Positions 38,286 to 47,526 are shown, numbered from the stretch's first letter. The stretch is 64,000 nt of DNA from a virus (IMGVR_UViG_3300035663_000005:1-64000), one strand, 5' to 3'. Numbers and translations are program-made. The notes: generated by a model from the letters alone, not told the origin.

Positions 38286-39232
38286 TATTTGCCTCGTTGC
38301 TTTGGATACGGCTTCGGAGGATTACGCTCCTCAAACTCTCGCCGCAGTTTCTTGGTTTCTGCTTTAGTTCTGCCCAACACAAACGCATACTTATGTTTGC
38401 TAGGCATTTCCACTTTGGTGGATGTCTTCTGCTTTTCCTTGGAGTGTTCTCGCAACCGCTGCTCAATCTCATCAGGGATATTTTCCCAAAGTATCTTTTG
38501 GTCGTTGTTCCAATCCTTTTCCCAAGGAATACCCAACTCTTTCGCATACTTCTTGTATGCACTACGCACACGAAAGAATCGGTCACTTACTACTTTGCCG
38601 GTATACGGATTGATATACCTAGTCGTGGTTCCTGAATCTTGACCAAGGTAGTAGAAATTACAAGCCTGATAGATGGTTCCCAATTCTTTTGCGGTTGGGT
38701 CAGAGTAAGCAGTGAACAAACGATACTGCGTGTTCTTTACCATCCAATTGATGCACCACATCAGAAACGAACTAGCCAAACACTTTGGACTCCATGATAC
38801 GCAAGCACCACGGCTAACCAATCGTTCAATTTCTTTGGTATTTTCACCAAGTAGTTTAGAGAAAGCGTTCGGCAAGTTCATCAGGATAACTCCCGCCATG
38901 ATATCCTTGCCTATCAATCCTTGATTCGGAGCATGATAATACGCACCAAACCAATGCGTGGTGTATTGCGAAAGATTACCAAGCCATTCGTGACGCTTGA
39001 TGAATTCTGTGGCTTCTCGCTTCTCGGCTTCCGTTGTAAGCGGCTTGAAAATGAAATCGGAAACTCGCAGTTCGGCTGCTTGTTCTTGAGACAGGTCGGC
39101 TTCCGCCAAATCTTGCTGAAGATTGTTTAAGCGTATATCATACTGCCAACAATGTTCTTTGTCGTAAGATTTAGTTCGCTCAATAATGTCTACCGATTCA
39201 CTTTTGCTTTTCGAGTTCACTCTTAACCTCAA
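38285..39232 (-). CDS. Mom-like (GNAT-fold) DNA modification protein
   Basis: FI.RH.WL, R......P....S, AYSDP....GTIYQA.NF.YLG, K..Y motifs. Confidence 0.65.
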   Translation of the reverse strand: MRLRVNSKSKSESVDIIERTKSYDKEHCWQYDIRLNNLQQDLAEADLSQEQAAELRVSDFIFKPLTTEAEKREATEFIKRHEWLGNLSQYTTHWFGAYYHAPNQGLIGKDIMAGVILMNLPNAFSKLLGENTKEIERLVSRGACVSWSPKCLASSFLMWCINWMVKNTQYRLFTAYSDPTAKELGTIYQACNFYYLGQDSGTTTRYINPYTGKVVSDRFFRVRSAYKKYAKELGIPWEKDWNNDQKILWENIPDEIEQRLREHSKEKQKTSTKVEMPSKHKYAFVLGRTKAETKKLRREFEERNPPKPYPKQRGK

Positions 39233-39305
39233 TAAGTATCAATAGAATTGTTGTTACTCACAACAACCCTACATTTTTTTTACTTGACAAATAGAATCAA
39301 AAAAC

Positions 39306-39791
39306 TTATGAGTTTCTTGTGGTGTCTTTCCACGGAGAGGAAATGTAATAGGTTTGAAGAGGTCTTGCGGACTCATCTTGCTTGATTGTGTTTTTGCAGC
39401 AGCCATTGCCGTTGGTGTGAACAACATCAGAAGGCTTAACATCAGCAATGAACAGGGGAGCAGACTGAGCAGATTGGGCTTTCTTGTCATGTAGGTAACT
39501 ATACATCAAAACTGCGTAGTTGACAATATCAATTATGGTATCTTCGAAAGATTCATTTTCAACAGCCAATTTTCCAGATTCAACAAAAGATGAAAGACGA
39601 CTCATCTTATCGGTCATGCGAACCAAGAATCCTTGTTCTGTGCTGCAAATCCCCATTGCTTCTACTCGGGTGAAATTTGCAAATGGTTCATTGCCTCCGT
39701 TTCCTGCGTAGTCTGCATTCTTTTTACGCATAAGACTACGACCCTTATCACAAATTGTTTCATGTATTTTTAATAATTCATCGCGTGTCAT
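39306..39791 (-). CDS. Nucleotide-modification-associated domain (DUF1599/Nmad1-like, MazG-like helical fold)
   Basis: KKNADY....PFANF...VR..DK..RL....ESFEDT..D..NYA. Confidence 0.75.
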   Translation of the reverse strand: MTRDELLKIHETICDKGRSLMRKKNADYAGNGGNEPFANFTRVEAMGICSTEQGFLVRMTDKMSRLSSFVESGKLAVENESFEDTIIDIVNYAVLMYSYLHDKKAQSAQSAPLFIADVKPSDVVHTNGNGCCKNTIKQDESARPLQTYYISSPWKDTTRNS

Positions 39792-39792
39792 T

Positions 39793-40329
39793 TTAAGAAA
39801 CTCCAGTAGAGCCGAATCCACCTGTTCGGCTAGTCTTGGGCTGAACTCGCTCATCGGTGGACTGTAGCGAGTATTTCAAAACAGGAATCATTTCCCCCTG
39901 ACAAATTCGGTCGCCGTGTGTTACTCGAATAGGAATATTTGAAAGATTAATAACAGGAATCATTAACTGATCTGTGTAATCAGAATCAATAACACCTTCA
40001 GAATTTGCTAAAATTAATCCTCCTTTTATTGCTAGCCCACTTCTAGCATGAAGACGAACAGAATATCCTTCAGGTATATCTAAAACAATACCTGTTGGAA
40101 TTAAAACTCTAACTCCATCTGGAGGAACAAGTAAAAACGCTGGAGCATCTGCTCTCTCAAATGCTGCCAACAATTTATAATTTGCATTGTTTTTATCATA
40201 AGCATCAACAATTCTTGTTTTACTACCAAAGTATGCTTTAATATCAAAACAAGCAGATTGTTCTGTTGCAAATGAAAGGTCGAAAGAATCGGACCACAAC
40301 TTATTGTATTTTAATATCAATTTATTCAT
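39793..40329 (-). CDS. dut: dUTPase
   Basis: ACFDI, IPTG, RSGLA, GVIDSDY, GDRICQ, R.GGFGSTG. Confidence 0.93.
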   Translation of the reverse strand: MNKLILKYNKLWSDSFDLSFATEQSACFDIKAYFGSKTRIVDAYDKNNANYKLLAAFERADAPAFLLVPPDGVRVLIPTGIVLDIPEGYSVRLHARSGLAIKGGLILANSEGVIDSDYTDQLMIPVINLSNIPIRVTHGDRICQGEMIPVLKYSLQSTDERVQPKTSRTGGFGSTGVS

Positions 40330-40365
40330 AATATAATCCAAATTACTAGCAAAAATATTTATCAA

Positions 40366-40800
40366 TCATTCTTCTGAATCGGGGTCATACACTTCATAGT
40401 TTGTTCTTTTTCTTCCTATGTTATATTTGGGTATTAATTCCCAATTTTTCTTTTCGCCAAATGGTAAAATTTTTAAATAAGAAATTGGAACTGTTGGTTC
40501 TTTACTTTTAGAAGAAACTTTCAATTTTAAAAGACCCCAATCTTGCAATAAGTTACATATAGTGTTTCTTCTTGCAACATCTGTTTCTGGAAAATCTGTT
40601 GGAAGCCCATCCAACATAAAAAGTTCTTTAAAATGCACAATATAATACTTGCCTCTTTTATGAAGAATGTGGCAAGATTGATATAATTTATTTTCTGTTT
40701 TAGAAGATATACCAATTCTAGTTAAAGTTTCTTTTATTTTAAGAAAATTTTCTGGATTGGGTAATTCTACTTCTATAAATGAGTCAATCAATTTGTCCAT
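40366..40800 (-). CDS. regA: Translational repressor RegA
   Basis: FLKIKETLTRIGI...LYQSCHILHKRGKYYIVHFKELF. Confidence 0.95.
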   Translation of the reverse strand: MDKLIDSFIEVELPNPENFLKIKETLTRIGISSKTENKLYQSCHILHKRGKYYIVHFKELFMLDGLPTDFPETDVARRNTICNLLQDWGLLKLKVSSKSKEPTVPISYLKILPFGEKKNWELIPKYNIGRKRTNYEVYDPDSEE

Positions 40801-40838
40801 AACAATACTCCTTACCATTTAAGAGTATTTAGATTTTT

Positions 40839-41222
40839 TTATTTTCTGCCACCTGTATTTGTTTTCGCAATCAATTCATCTTTGTCGTTTTCAGACATCA
40901 TAGACAGATACTCTCTAGCCTTAACGCGACTAACTTTATAATAATCTGATACTAACTTTTCTATAATTTCGTCTCGTTCTGATTTCTCCCACTTTGAAAA
41001 CCTTTTTTTCTTCTTGATAGTATAATACAAATAATCATATTGCATTTTTTTGTCTAAATGATTCATGCAATTCATAATGTTTGCTGGCATAACACATTCA
41101 GCAAAATTGGAAAATGTTCGATTAACAATAAATGGAAGATAAGCCCTTTCACATTCAGGATCTCTGTCCATAAGATTTTCGGTTTTTTCGTTTATACTTT
41201 TAACAAAATCAAAAGGATTCAC
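40839..41222 (-). CDS. Clamp loader small subunit (gp62)
   Basis: PFDF..SIN, Y.PF.VNR, QYDY, KKRFSKW, TGG; synteny. Confidence 0.9.
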   Translation of the reverse strand: MNPFDFVKSINEKTENLMDRDPECERAYLPFIVNRTFSNFAECVMPANIMNCMNHLDKKMQYDYLYYTIKKKKRFSKWEKSERDEIIEKLVSDYYKVSRVKAREYLSMMSENDKDELIAKTNTGGRK

Positions 41223-41926
41223 TTTACAGTCTCAATGATACTAATTAAATCGTCTTCACAATCCAATTTTACAATCAATCTAATTGGTATATAAATCCAA
41301 TCTTTCTTTTTAACATCATAATATGATCTTAAAAGGAAAGAATCATATGCATTTATACCATGATATCTGTCAATTAGTGGGGCTTCAACATATTCCTTTG
41401 TAACTGAGGAAATTTTATTTTTTATTTTCGTAACTATTTTACTTCCATTTAAATCTTCATAAGTTATATCCAAGTGTTTTGGTGATATTTTTACTAAAAC
41501 TTTGTCAATAAAATCGCCAAGTACAACATCTGCTGCGCCACTAATATCAAAAATATTTTGCATTCCATCTTTATTTTTATGATTTCCTATGGCTTTAGTA
41601 GAAAAATAGTTTTTTCTATCTTTAAGAAACATTTCTCTCAAACTATTACATTCATCAAGATATTCATTGTAGTTGTATTTTTCTGTTATATTTTCTGTCG
41701 ATGATACAATTTTTTCAATCATTTCATCGGACAGTTTAGAAGATAAATCTACTATTTTTTGAAATGGGTTTACACTATTTGTTTCTTTTAGTTCGTTAAT
41801 GACATTTAAACTAACATCACCTAGTGTTTTTTTATAAACTTCAATAAAATCTTCAATCTTATACTTCTTGTTCACTTCGTGAAGTGCGATTGTTAAATCG
41901 TTTAGGCTTTTTATTTTGTGATTCAT
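41219..41926 (-). CDS. Hypothetical AT-rich protein
   Basis: 235-aa ORF between gp44 and gp62. Confidence 0.65.
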   Translation of the reverse strand: MNHKIKSLNDLTIALHEVNKKYKIEDFIEVYKKTLGDVSLNVINELKETNSVNPFQKIVDLSSKLSDEMIEKIVSSTENITEKYNYNEYLDECNSLREMFLKDRKNYFSTKAIGNHKNKDGMQNIFDISGAADVVLGDFIDKVLVKISPKHLDITYEDLNGSKIVTKIKNKISSVTKEYVEAPLIDRYHGINAYDSFLLRSYYDVKKKDWIYIPIRLIVKLDCEDDLISIIETVK

Positions 41927-41932
41927 ATACCT

Positions 41933-42865
41933 TTATTTATCGAAAGAACAATCTGAAGCGAGCATCAAACAACAAGCAACCATGTTCAATTCTTGGTCTG
42001 CAACAAACGCAGCCTTGTATTGATACTCGCTCAGGATAAGAATTGCTTGCGGTATAGATCCCAAATTCATCTTGTCTTGAAGTCCGTCATAAATACGCCG
42101 GAAGATCATTGCAGGTTCGGTGTCCGAGTGTTCCGCAACCCATTTGCGAATATCAGCAAACGACTTGCTCTTCATCGCCTTCACCAAATGGTCGATATCA
42201 ATATCTTTGCCAGTAGCAAGAGCACTAGAATTCACCGCTCCTGCAACAGAGTGTCTCTGAATAGTATTCAGTATTCTACGAAAGTCGGGGAAGTAACGAA
42301 TGATGAGTTCAGCAATCGCTTTCTCTTCATATTCGATGCCTTCCGCTTCCATGATTCTCTTGGCTCGCTCAAGGAATTCTCCAGCGAGTTGCGGCTTCTC
42401 TTTCGCAGGAATCTTGAAGTCAACAACCGTGCAACGAGAGTGTAGTGGCTCAATGATACGAGCCTTGTAGTTGCAAGTCATAATGAATCGACAGTTCACA
42501 GCAAACTCTTCAATAGCACCACGAAGAGCAGGCTGTGTAGACTGTGGATTCAGATAGTCGGCTTCGTCAAGTATGATGACTTTCTTGCCACCATTCAAAG
42601 AAACGGTTGAGGCGAAGTTTCGAATCTTGGTGCGTAGTGTATCAATGCCACCCTCCTCGCTCGCATTGATAAACATGTAGTCCACCCCAAGTTCCGAACA
42701 CATCGCACGGGCTATGGTTGTTTTACCACAGCCTGCGGTTCCCGACAGTATCATGTTCGGGATTTCGCCTGACTGCACTACACCTTCGAAGGTGGACTTA
42801 ATCGCCTTCGGAAGAACGCAGTCTGCAACCGTCTTCGGTCGATATTTTTCAACCAACGGCAGCAT
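41933..42865 (-). CDS. Clamp loader large subunit (gp44)
   Basis: VEKYRP, GTAGCGKTT, ILDEAD, PLHSRC. Confidence 0.95.
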   Translation of the reverse strand: MLPLVEKYRPKTVADCVLPKAIKSTFEGVVQSGEIPNMILSGTAGCGKTTIARAMCSELGVDYMFINASEEGGIDTLRTKIRNFASTVSLNGGKKVIILDEADYLNPQSTQPALRGAIEEFAVNCRFIMTCNYKARIIEPLHSRCTVVDFKIPAKEKPQLAGEFLERAKRIMEAEGIEYEEKAIAELIIRYFPDFRRILNTIQRHSVAGAVNSSALATGKDIDIDHLVKAMKSKSFADIRKWVAEHSDTEPAMIFRRIYDGLQDKMNLGSIPQAILILSEYQYKAAFVADQELNMVACCLMLASDCSFDK

Positions 42866-43574
42866 TGGACTTCTTCTTGCTCTTGGTGAACTTGCTGTCA
42901 GTCTCCAAAGAAATCCAATAGGTCAACGCCTGATTCTTGGTTTCAAACTGAGCCACCTTCTTGTCGGACACCTTAACTTCGTAAGTGCCAGGAATCATTT
43001 TTAGATTCTCCGACTTGAACATGAACTCAAAAGAATCATCACCATCATACTCGCCAACATCAATTGAATAGGTGTGTCCTGTGCTGTCCTTGCGGTCAAA
43101 CACATTCAAAGTTAGACGGTCACCAGAGTTGCGAAGAGCAAGGTCAGGAGCAGCAAGAACTGCTGCGGCTTTCTGTAACTCGTTGAAATCCTTGGAATCC
43201 AAAGTGAAATCCACAACAGATTCTGGCATGTTGAAACTCTTGCCGCTCTTGATGATTTGCAGAATCTGCGGGTCAAGCATTTCAAGGTTTGAATAGTAGT
43301 AGCGAACCTTGGCTCGACTGCCTTCCGACTTAATTACCACATGGTTGTTTTCAAATTCGAAGTGTGGTTCCTTGAACATGCTTACGGTTGCAAGGAACTT
43401 GCTTAAATCCCAAACACCGAACTCTATCGGGAAGTCCTCCTGAACTTCCGCCTCAACCATAATGTTCTTGGTTGGGCTGATAGTCTTCAAGATGTTGCCT
43501 GGCATCACAATTAGGTTGCTGTTGATAGTGCTGAAATTCTTCAGAACTGCCAGCGTGTCGTGCGAAATCTTCAT
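42849..43574 (-). CDS. Sliding clamp (gp45)
   Basis: T...LKNFSTIN, FG..DL..FL, ENLK..PG.Y, YWI.LE; synteny. Confidence 0.93.
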   Translation of the reverse strand: MKISHDTLAVLKNFSTINSNLIVMPGNILKTISPTKNIMVEAEVQEDFPIEFGVWDLSKFLATVSMFKEPHFEFENNHVVIKSEGSRAKVRYYYSNLEMLDPQILQIIKSGKSFNMPESVVDFTLDSKDFNELQKAAAVLAAPDLALRNSGDRLTLNVFDRKDSTGHTYSIDVGEYDGDDSFEFMFKSENLKMIPGTYEVKVSDKKVAQFETKNQALTYWISLETDSKFTKSKKKSNAAVG

Positions 43575-43625
43575 AGTGTAATCTCCTTCAAAGGTTGTGG
43601 TATACTACCACGAACTCAGGAGAAG

Positions 43626-44456
43626 TCAAGCACTAGGTGGAAGTAATTCTCCTTGATTGTGTCGTAGCAGTGTCTCTTTTAAAAACAAGGCTGGCACAGA
43701 ATATATTTGCCAATTACGGCAGTTTAGCATAACCACTACACCAATGCAAGCCCCGGAGTCTGCACGATACAATCCGCCGCCTGAGGAGCCTGGAGCACCA
43801 TCAGCATCTGTTTGATAATAATAAGGTAGATGCTCGGATAGTGAACCCCGGCTCCTGTGATTGTTTCCAATGATACCGCGAGTAATGCTCATGTAATCCG
43901 ACGATGGGTTTCCCATGATGTATACAGGCACTCCCATTCGTGGAGTAGCATAATCAAACCTGCATCCTTTAACAAGAGCGGTCAATGGTTTATCGTTTGC
44001 CACCTCTAGGATGGCTAGGTCATATTCTGGATCGTTGAATACCAATTTACAAGTTTCTTTACTTATTGGAGACTCTAACTCTCCTGCAAACAGAGTAACT
44101 TCTATCTTTTTTGTTCCCCATGTTTTATCATTAGATGATGCGTCTTCAGAAAAAGAAGGAAACATAGGAACAAAATCTATTTCCACATAATTATCAGGAA
44201 AAATACATCTTCTAGTTTTAACTTGTTCTTCATCTTCAATCACATGTGCTGCTGTGAGCACATACAACTTGCCGTTCTTGCGATATGCAATGCCAGAACC
44301 AAGAGGCACACCGTCGTAGTGGACAACGGCATTTGCTCCCACGATACTTTCCACAACCTGTTGGTTGTAACTATTGCAATCGCAATTTGCTGATGAATGG
44401 CAGGATACTTGTCCTGCTGTAAGCACGCTTGCAAGCGTTAGTAGCACGCTCGCCAT
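43626..44456 (-). CDS. Trypsin-like serine protease with hydrophobic N-terminus
   Basis: LTAAH, DLAIL, GSSGGG triad; GAGGAG RBS 7 nt before ATG 44456. Confidence 0.85.
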   Translation of the reverse strand: MASVLLTLASVLTAGQVSCHSSANCDCNSYNQQVVESIVGANAVVHYDGVPLGSGIAYRKNGKLYVLTAAHVIEDEEQVKTRRCIFPDNYVEIDFVPMFPSFSEDASSNDKTWGTKKIEVTLFAGELESPISKETCKLVFNDPEYDLAILEVANDKPLTALVKGCRFDYATPRMGVPVYIMGNPSSDYMSITRGIIGNNHRSRGSLSEHLPYYYQTDADGAPGSSGGGLYRADSGACIGVVVMLNCRNWQIYSVPALFLKETLLRHNQGELLPPSA

Positions 44457-44500
44457 GACCAAACTCCTCGGTCTACGCATACGCGGCTCCAATCTGTCCT

Positions 44501-44566
44501 TTTAAGACGGCTAGTTTTTGGTTAATCTAGCCGTTTAAGACGGCTAGTTTTTGGTTAATCTAGCCG
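44501..44566. repeat. Exact 33-bp tandem duplication within an inverted repeat
   Basis: tttaagacggctagtttttggttaatctagccg at 44501-44533 and 44534-44566. Confidence 0.95.
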
Positions 44567-44583
44567 TTTGAGAAGGACAGAAT

Positions 44584-44591
44584 TATTTATA
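44584..44591 (-). promoter_or_regulatory. T4 late promoter TATAAATA
   Basis: Perfect consensus upstream of protease gene. Confidence 0.6.
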
Positions 44592-44594
44592 AAA

Positions 44595-45215
44595 TTACTG
44601 CTTTTGATTTTTTAAATCGTAGTAGTAACTATCATCATCGCAATCAATAACCCAACGGTCGCTTGTTCCCTCGCATCGGAAAATCTTATCGTCAACCTTG
44701 TAGTCAGGCTTCTCAGGGAACGGCTTAGTTACAAACGACATATGCTTCCAATAGATTCTGTTGTTTGGCTGTAGGGCAAAGCACCCGTTATCCAAACGAA
44801 TCATATGCAAGCACTTGTATTGAGTTGGCTCATCGCTGTATGCGTTGTTATACCAATCAAAAGTTGTCATGTAATCTCCCCAATATGCTTTACCGTCTTT
44901 CAAGATAACCTTGCAACGAGACCCACGAAGAGGTTCGTATGTGGTGACAGTTGAGTTAATGGAGAAGCAATCCCATAACTGAAGATGATCTAAAGGAATC
45001 TCAGGTGCGTCTTCACGATGACAAAGCATGTGAATAGGAACACGACTGCGAACCAAACCGTTATCTGTTAAAACATGAAACAGGATTGCTCGCTCAGGAT
45101 TGGATTGAGCACCAAATACCATAACTTTATCAAACTCACCTCGGTGAGTCTTATGCTGATACATGTGTTCACGACGAAGCAAACAGAAAAAATTTGGTAT
45201 GTTTAGGTTTAGCAT
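44595..45215 (-). CDS. Conserved phage hypothetical protein
   Basis: LN.NIP, LQLWDCFS, G.Y..T.DW, LDNG.FA.QPNNR. Confidence 0.75.
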   Translation of the reverse strand: MLNLNIPNFFCLLRREHMYQHKTHRGEFDKVMVFGAQSNPERAILFHVLTDNGLVRSRVPIHMLCHREDAPEIPLDHLQLWDCFSINSTVTTYEPLRGSRCKVILKDGKAYWGDYMTTFDWYNNAYSDEPTQYKCLHMIRLDNGCFALQPNNRIYWKHMSFVTKPFPEKPDYKVDDKIFRCEGTSDRWVIDCDDDSYYYDLKNQKQ

Positions 45216-45219
45216 GTAA

Positions 45220-45291
45220 AGCCATCTGTGGGATTCGAACCCACGACCTCCAGATTACAAATCAGGTGCACTACCACTGTGCTAAGATGGC
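45220..45291 (-). tRNA. tRNA-Thr(TGT)
   Basis: Cloverleaf; anticodon loop TTTGTAA. Confidence 0.9.
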
Positions 45292-45296
45292 GAAAG

Positions 45297-45369
45297 TAGT
45301 CCCTATAGGATTCGAACCTACAACTTCTTCCGTGTAAAGGAAGCACTCTAGCCGTTGAGTTAAGGGACT
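45297..45369 (-). tRNA. tRNA-Val(TAC)
   Basis: CTTCC-TTTACAC-GGAAG. Confidence 0.9.
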
Positions 45370-45374
45370 ATTAG

Positions 45375-45456
45375 TGTCGGTGGAGGGAGTCGAACCCACA
45401 CGCCTTGCGGCAAAAGAACCTAAATCTTTCGTGTATGCCAATTTCACCACACCGAC
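45375..45456 (-). tRNA. tRNA-Leu(TAG)
   Basis: AAAGA-TTTAGGT-TCTTT, long variable arm. Confidence 0.9.
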
Positions 45457-45462
45457 TATTTC

Positions 45463-45996
45463 TTACTTCTTGACTTTGGTTTTCTTTTCCTTCTTTGCCA
45501 AAGACTTCTTAACCTTGGCAACCATTTCCTTCAGTTCAGGAGGAGAGAATGCGTTTGTCTTCAGTAGATCGTTTCTTCGCTTCTCTTCTTCCTTCTCTGC
45601 CTTCATTTCTCTGGCCTTTTCCCCACTATCAAGTTGCTTGCAGTATTCAACGAGAGCAGCCTGACATTCTGCTTCGTTAACAAAAGGCCCGTGAAACTGT
45701 GCCCATGTTTCATCCCAAAAAATCCAACCTGAATGCTTGGGAGAATACTCTACAGGATCGTGACGACCGATAGCAATGTATCCCTTCTCACTTGCCTTGG
45801 GCTTACTCCACTCGCACATTACCTTTTCGGTATTCTTGACCCACAGTTCAACATCAAAATCAAACGGGTAGTGCTTTAGCAAATCACGAGCCTGCTTGCG
45901 AATTGCATCCTTGCCCATCTTGGTGTTGCCCATAAGTTCCTTCAGAAATTCTGAAGTCTTAACAACTGCCCAATAAGATTCATATGGTAGCGTCAT
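45463..45996 (-). CDS. Hypothetical protein
   Basis: MTLPYE...A..LLKHYP phage motif; W.FWDETW module. Confidence 0.7.
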   Translation of the reverse strand: MTLPYESYWAVVKTSEFLKELMGNTKMGKDAIRKQARDLLKHYPFDFDVELWVKNTEKVMCEWSKPKASEKGYIAIGRHDPVEYSPKHSGWIFWDETWAQFHGPFVNEAECQAALVEYCKQLDSGEKAREMKAEKEEEKRRNDLLKTNAFSPPELKEMVAKVKKSLAKKEKKTKVKK

Positions 45997-46177
45997 GGTA
46001 TAGTTTCTCCTTCCTACGAGACTGTCGCTCGTAGGCTTTAAATAATCCTTCACTAAATCCGGCATGCTTGCCGTGACCGTATCCTTGAGAATACGCCCAA
46101 GTATATAACTTGATTTGTGAGGCTGCGAATGCGGAAATTGCCGAAACGATGAAAAAGATTGTTGCTATTGTTTCCAT
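45980..46177 (-). CDS. Small membrane protein
   Basis: METIATIFFIVSAISAFAA TM, then GY..G...GF..G. Confidence 0.6.
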   Translation of the reverse strand: METIATIFFIVSAISAFAASQIKLYTWAYSQGYGHGKHAGFSEGLFKAYERQSRRKEKLYHDATI

Positions 46178-46213
46178 ATCATTAGTTATAGTATAACACA
46201 ATCTGAACAAAAG

Positions 46214-46299
46214 TGCGAGAGGTGGGATTCGAACCCACACGCCTTTAGAGGGCAGCGGATTTTGAATCCGCCGTGTATGCCAATTCCAGCCACTCTCGC
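46214..46299 (-). tRNA. tRNA-Leu(CAA)
   Basis: GCGGA-TTCAAAA-TCCGC, long variable arm. Confidence 0.9.
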
Positions 46300-46305
46300 A
46301 AACAG

Positions 46306-46378
46306 TAGGACTGATGGGATTCGAACCCATACTTTGCGGATTTTAAATCCGCTGACTCTGCCGTTGGTCTACAGTCCC
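46306..46378 (-). tRNA. tRNA-Leu(TAA), short variable loop
   Basis: GCGGA-TTTAAAA-TCCGC. Confidence 0.85.
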
Positions 46379-46387
46379 GTCAAGTAT

Positions 46388-46415
46388 AGTATACTGTCTA
46401 CTCCAACAAAGTCAA
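46388..46415 (-). promoter_or_regulatory. Sigma70-like promoter for tRNA-Leu genes
   Basis: TTGACT-N16-TATACT. Confidence 0.65.
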
Positions 46416-46434
46416 GCACAAAATAATTTTAAAA

Positions 46435-46506
46435 CTGGCTCGGCTGGATTCGAACCAGCAACCTATCCGTTAACAGCGGATCGCACTACCGTTGTGCTAC
46501 GAGCCA
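46435..46506 (-). tRNA. tRNA-Asn(GTT)
   Basis: ATCCG-CTGTTAA-CGGAT. Confidence 0.9.
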
Positions 46507-46511
46507 ACTTT

Positions 46512-46676
46512 TTAAATTTGCTTTTCTCGCTTAATCCAAAGTGGAAGAATACCACGCTCTTCAAGTTTACGAAGAGTTTCCTTCTTTGCATTAAGTAGCA
46601 GTTCCTGTCGCTTCAAGCGACGAGATTCATAACGACGCTTACGACGACGACGAAGTTCTCTCATTTTGTCTATCAT
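46512..46676 (-). CDS. Small Arg-rich protein (54 aa, not in ORF track)
   Basis: Manual translation MIDKMRELRRRRKRRYESRRLKRQELLLNAKKETLRKLEERGILPLWIKREKQI; fills the gap. Confidence 0.6.
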   Translation of the reverse strand: MIDKMRELRRRRKRRYESRRLKRQELLLNAKKETLRKLEERGILPLWIKREKQI

Positions 46677-47274
46677 TATCTAAACCTTTCTTCTTCATAA
46701 GATGCTTCACCCAAATTTCAGTTACAGTCATTGGATGATGGAATTCCTCAAACTTGAAACCACTAATTGGCTCCTTGTTCTTGGTCTTGAGTGCAGTATA
46801 GATGCCGTTGAGTCGGTTAGGCTTGAACTCACCAACAGGTTCTTCCTTACCTAGACCAGGCCATGCTTCTGCCTTGGTTCCGATTACCAATCCTTGTGGA
46901 GATGCAGGCGACTTAAAGAATATGGCATCCTGCTCATACTTTGCGCCCATCTTCTTGGCAAAGCCTTTGATGGCTCCGCTCTTTGTTGGAGTGGCATCAT
47001 CTCCGATAATCATAAAAGACTCTTCAGTAACACGACGCTTCTTGCCGTCACCAAGGTCTTCTTCGTAAGTGCCAACAACTTTCTCAAAACCAAAACCTGC
47101 TGCACGAATATCATTCTCCAACTTCTTGTTGAGTCCACGATTCACCGACAGCGAATTGCTGCCACGAAACGCGGTAAGCAAAGCAAACGGTCGCTTCTCA
47201 ACATGTGAGAACACGCGAGCAAGTGAGATTTCTGTAATCAATTCTTTTCGATAGGTTTCAATTTGTTCAGACAC
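46639..47274 (-). CDS. Conserved phage hypothetical protein
   Basis: SL.RV, LTAFR, G.GF....G.Y.E, E.SF, KYEQDAI. Confidence 0.75.
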   Translation of the reverse strand: MSEQIETYRKELITEISLARVFSHVEKRPFALLTAFRGSNSLSVNRGLNKKLENDIRAAGFGFEKVVGTYEEDLGDGKKRRVTEESFMIIGDDATPTKSGAIKGFAKKMGAKYEQDAIFFKSPASPQGLVIGTKAEAWPGLGKEEPVGEFKPNRLNGIYTALKTKNKEPISGFKFEEFHHPMTVTEIWVKHLMKKKGLDNDRQNERTSSSS

Positions 47275-47452
47275 TTGTGGCTCCCCTGATTTCTTCTGTA
47301 GATTGTTTTAGTGACAAGTAAACTTTTCGTATCTCTTCAAACGCTTGCGATGCGGTGAACTTGCCTTCCAATTCCCACTCAACAATACGAGCAGTTTTGC
47401 GGGCTAGTTCTCCAATGTTCGCATGTGCTGCGAAGTCTTCAATCTCCATCAT
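47267..47452 (-). CDS. Hypothetical protein
   Basis: 61-aa ORF with GGAG RBS. Confidence 0.6.
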   Translation of the reverse strand: MMEIEDFAAHANIGELARKTARIVEWELEGKFTASQAFEEIRKVYLSLKQSTEEIRGATSV

Positions 47453-47526
47453 TTTTCTCCGAATGCGACTTGCTGTAACCGCTCCAACAAGTCTGGTAAA
47501 GTTAAGGTATAGTGTTTAGTATACCG

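Noticed and set aside
39269-39490. Alternate-frame ORF resembling a signal-peptide protein
   Set aside because: Almost fully overlaps the Nmad1-like gene tail and has no clear RBS; cannot be supported
44501-44566. CRISPR-like palindromic repeat
   Set aside because: Two abutting copies with no spacer, and no cas genes
46178-46330. N-terminal ORF extensions through tRNA genes (also 48004-48078, 51659-51733)
   Set aside because: They overlap clear tRNAs; downstream ATGs are better starts
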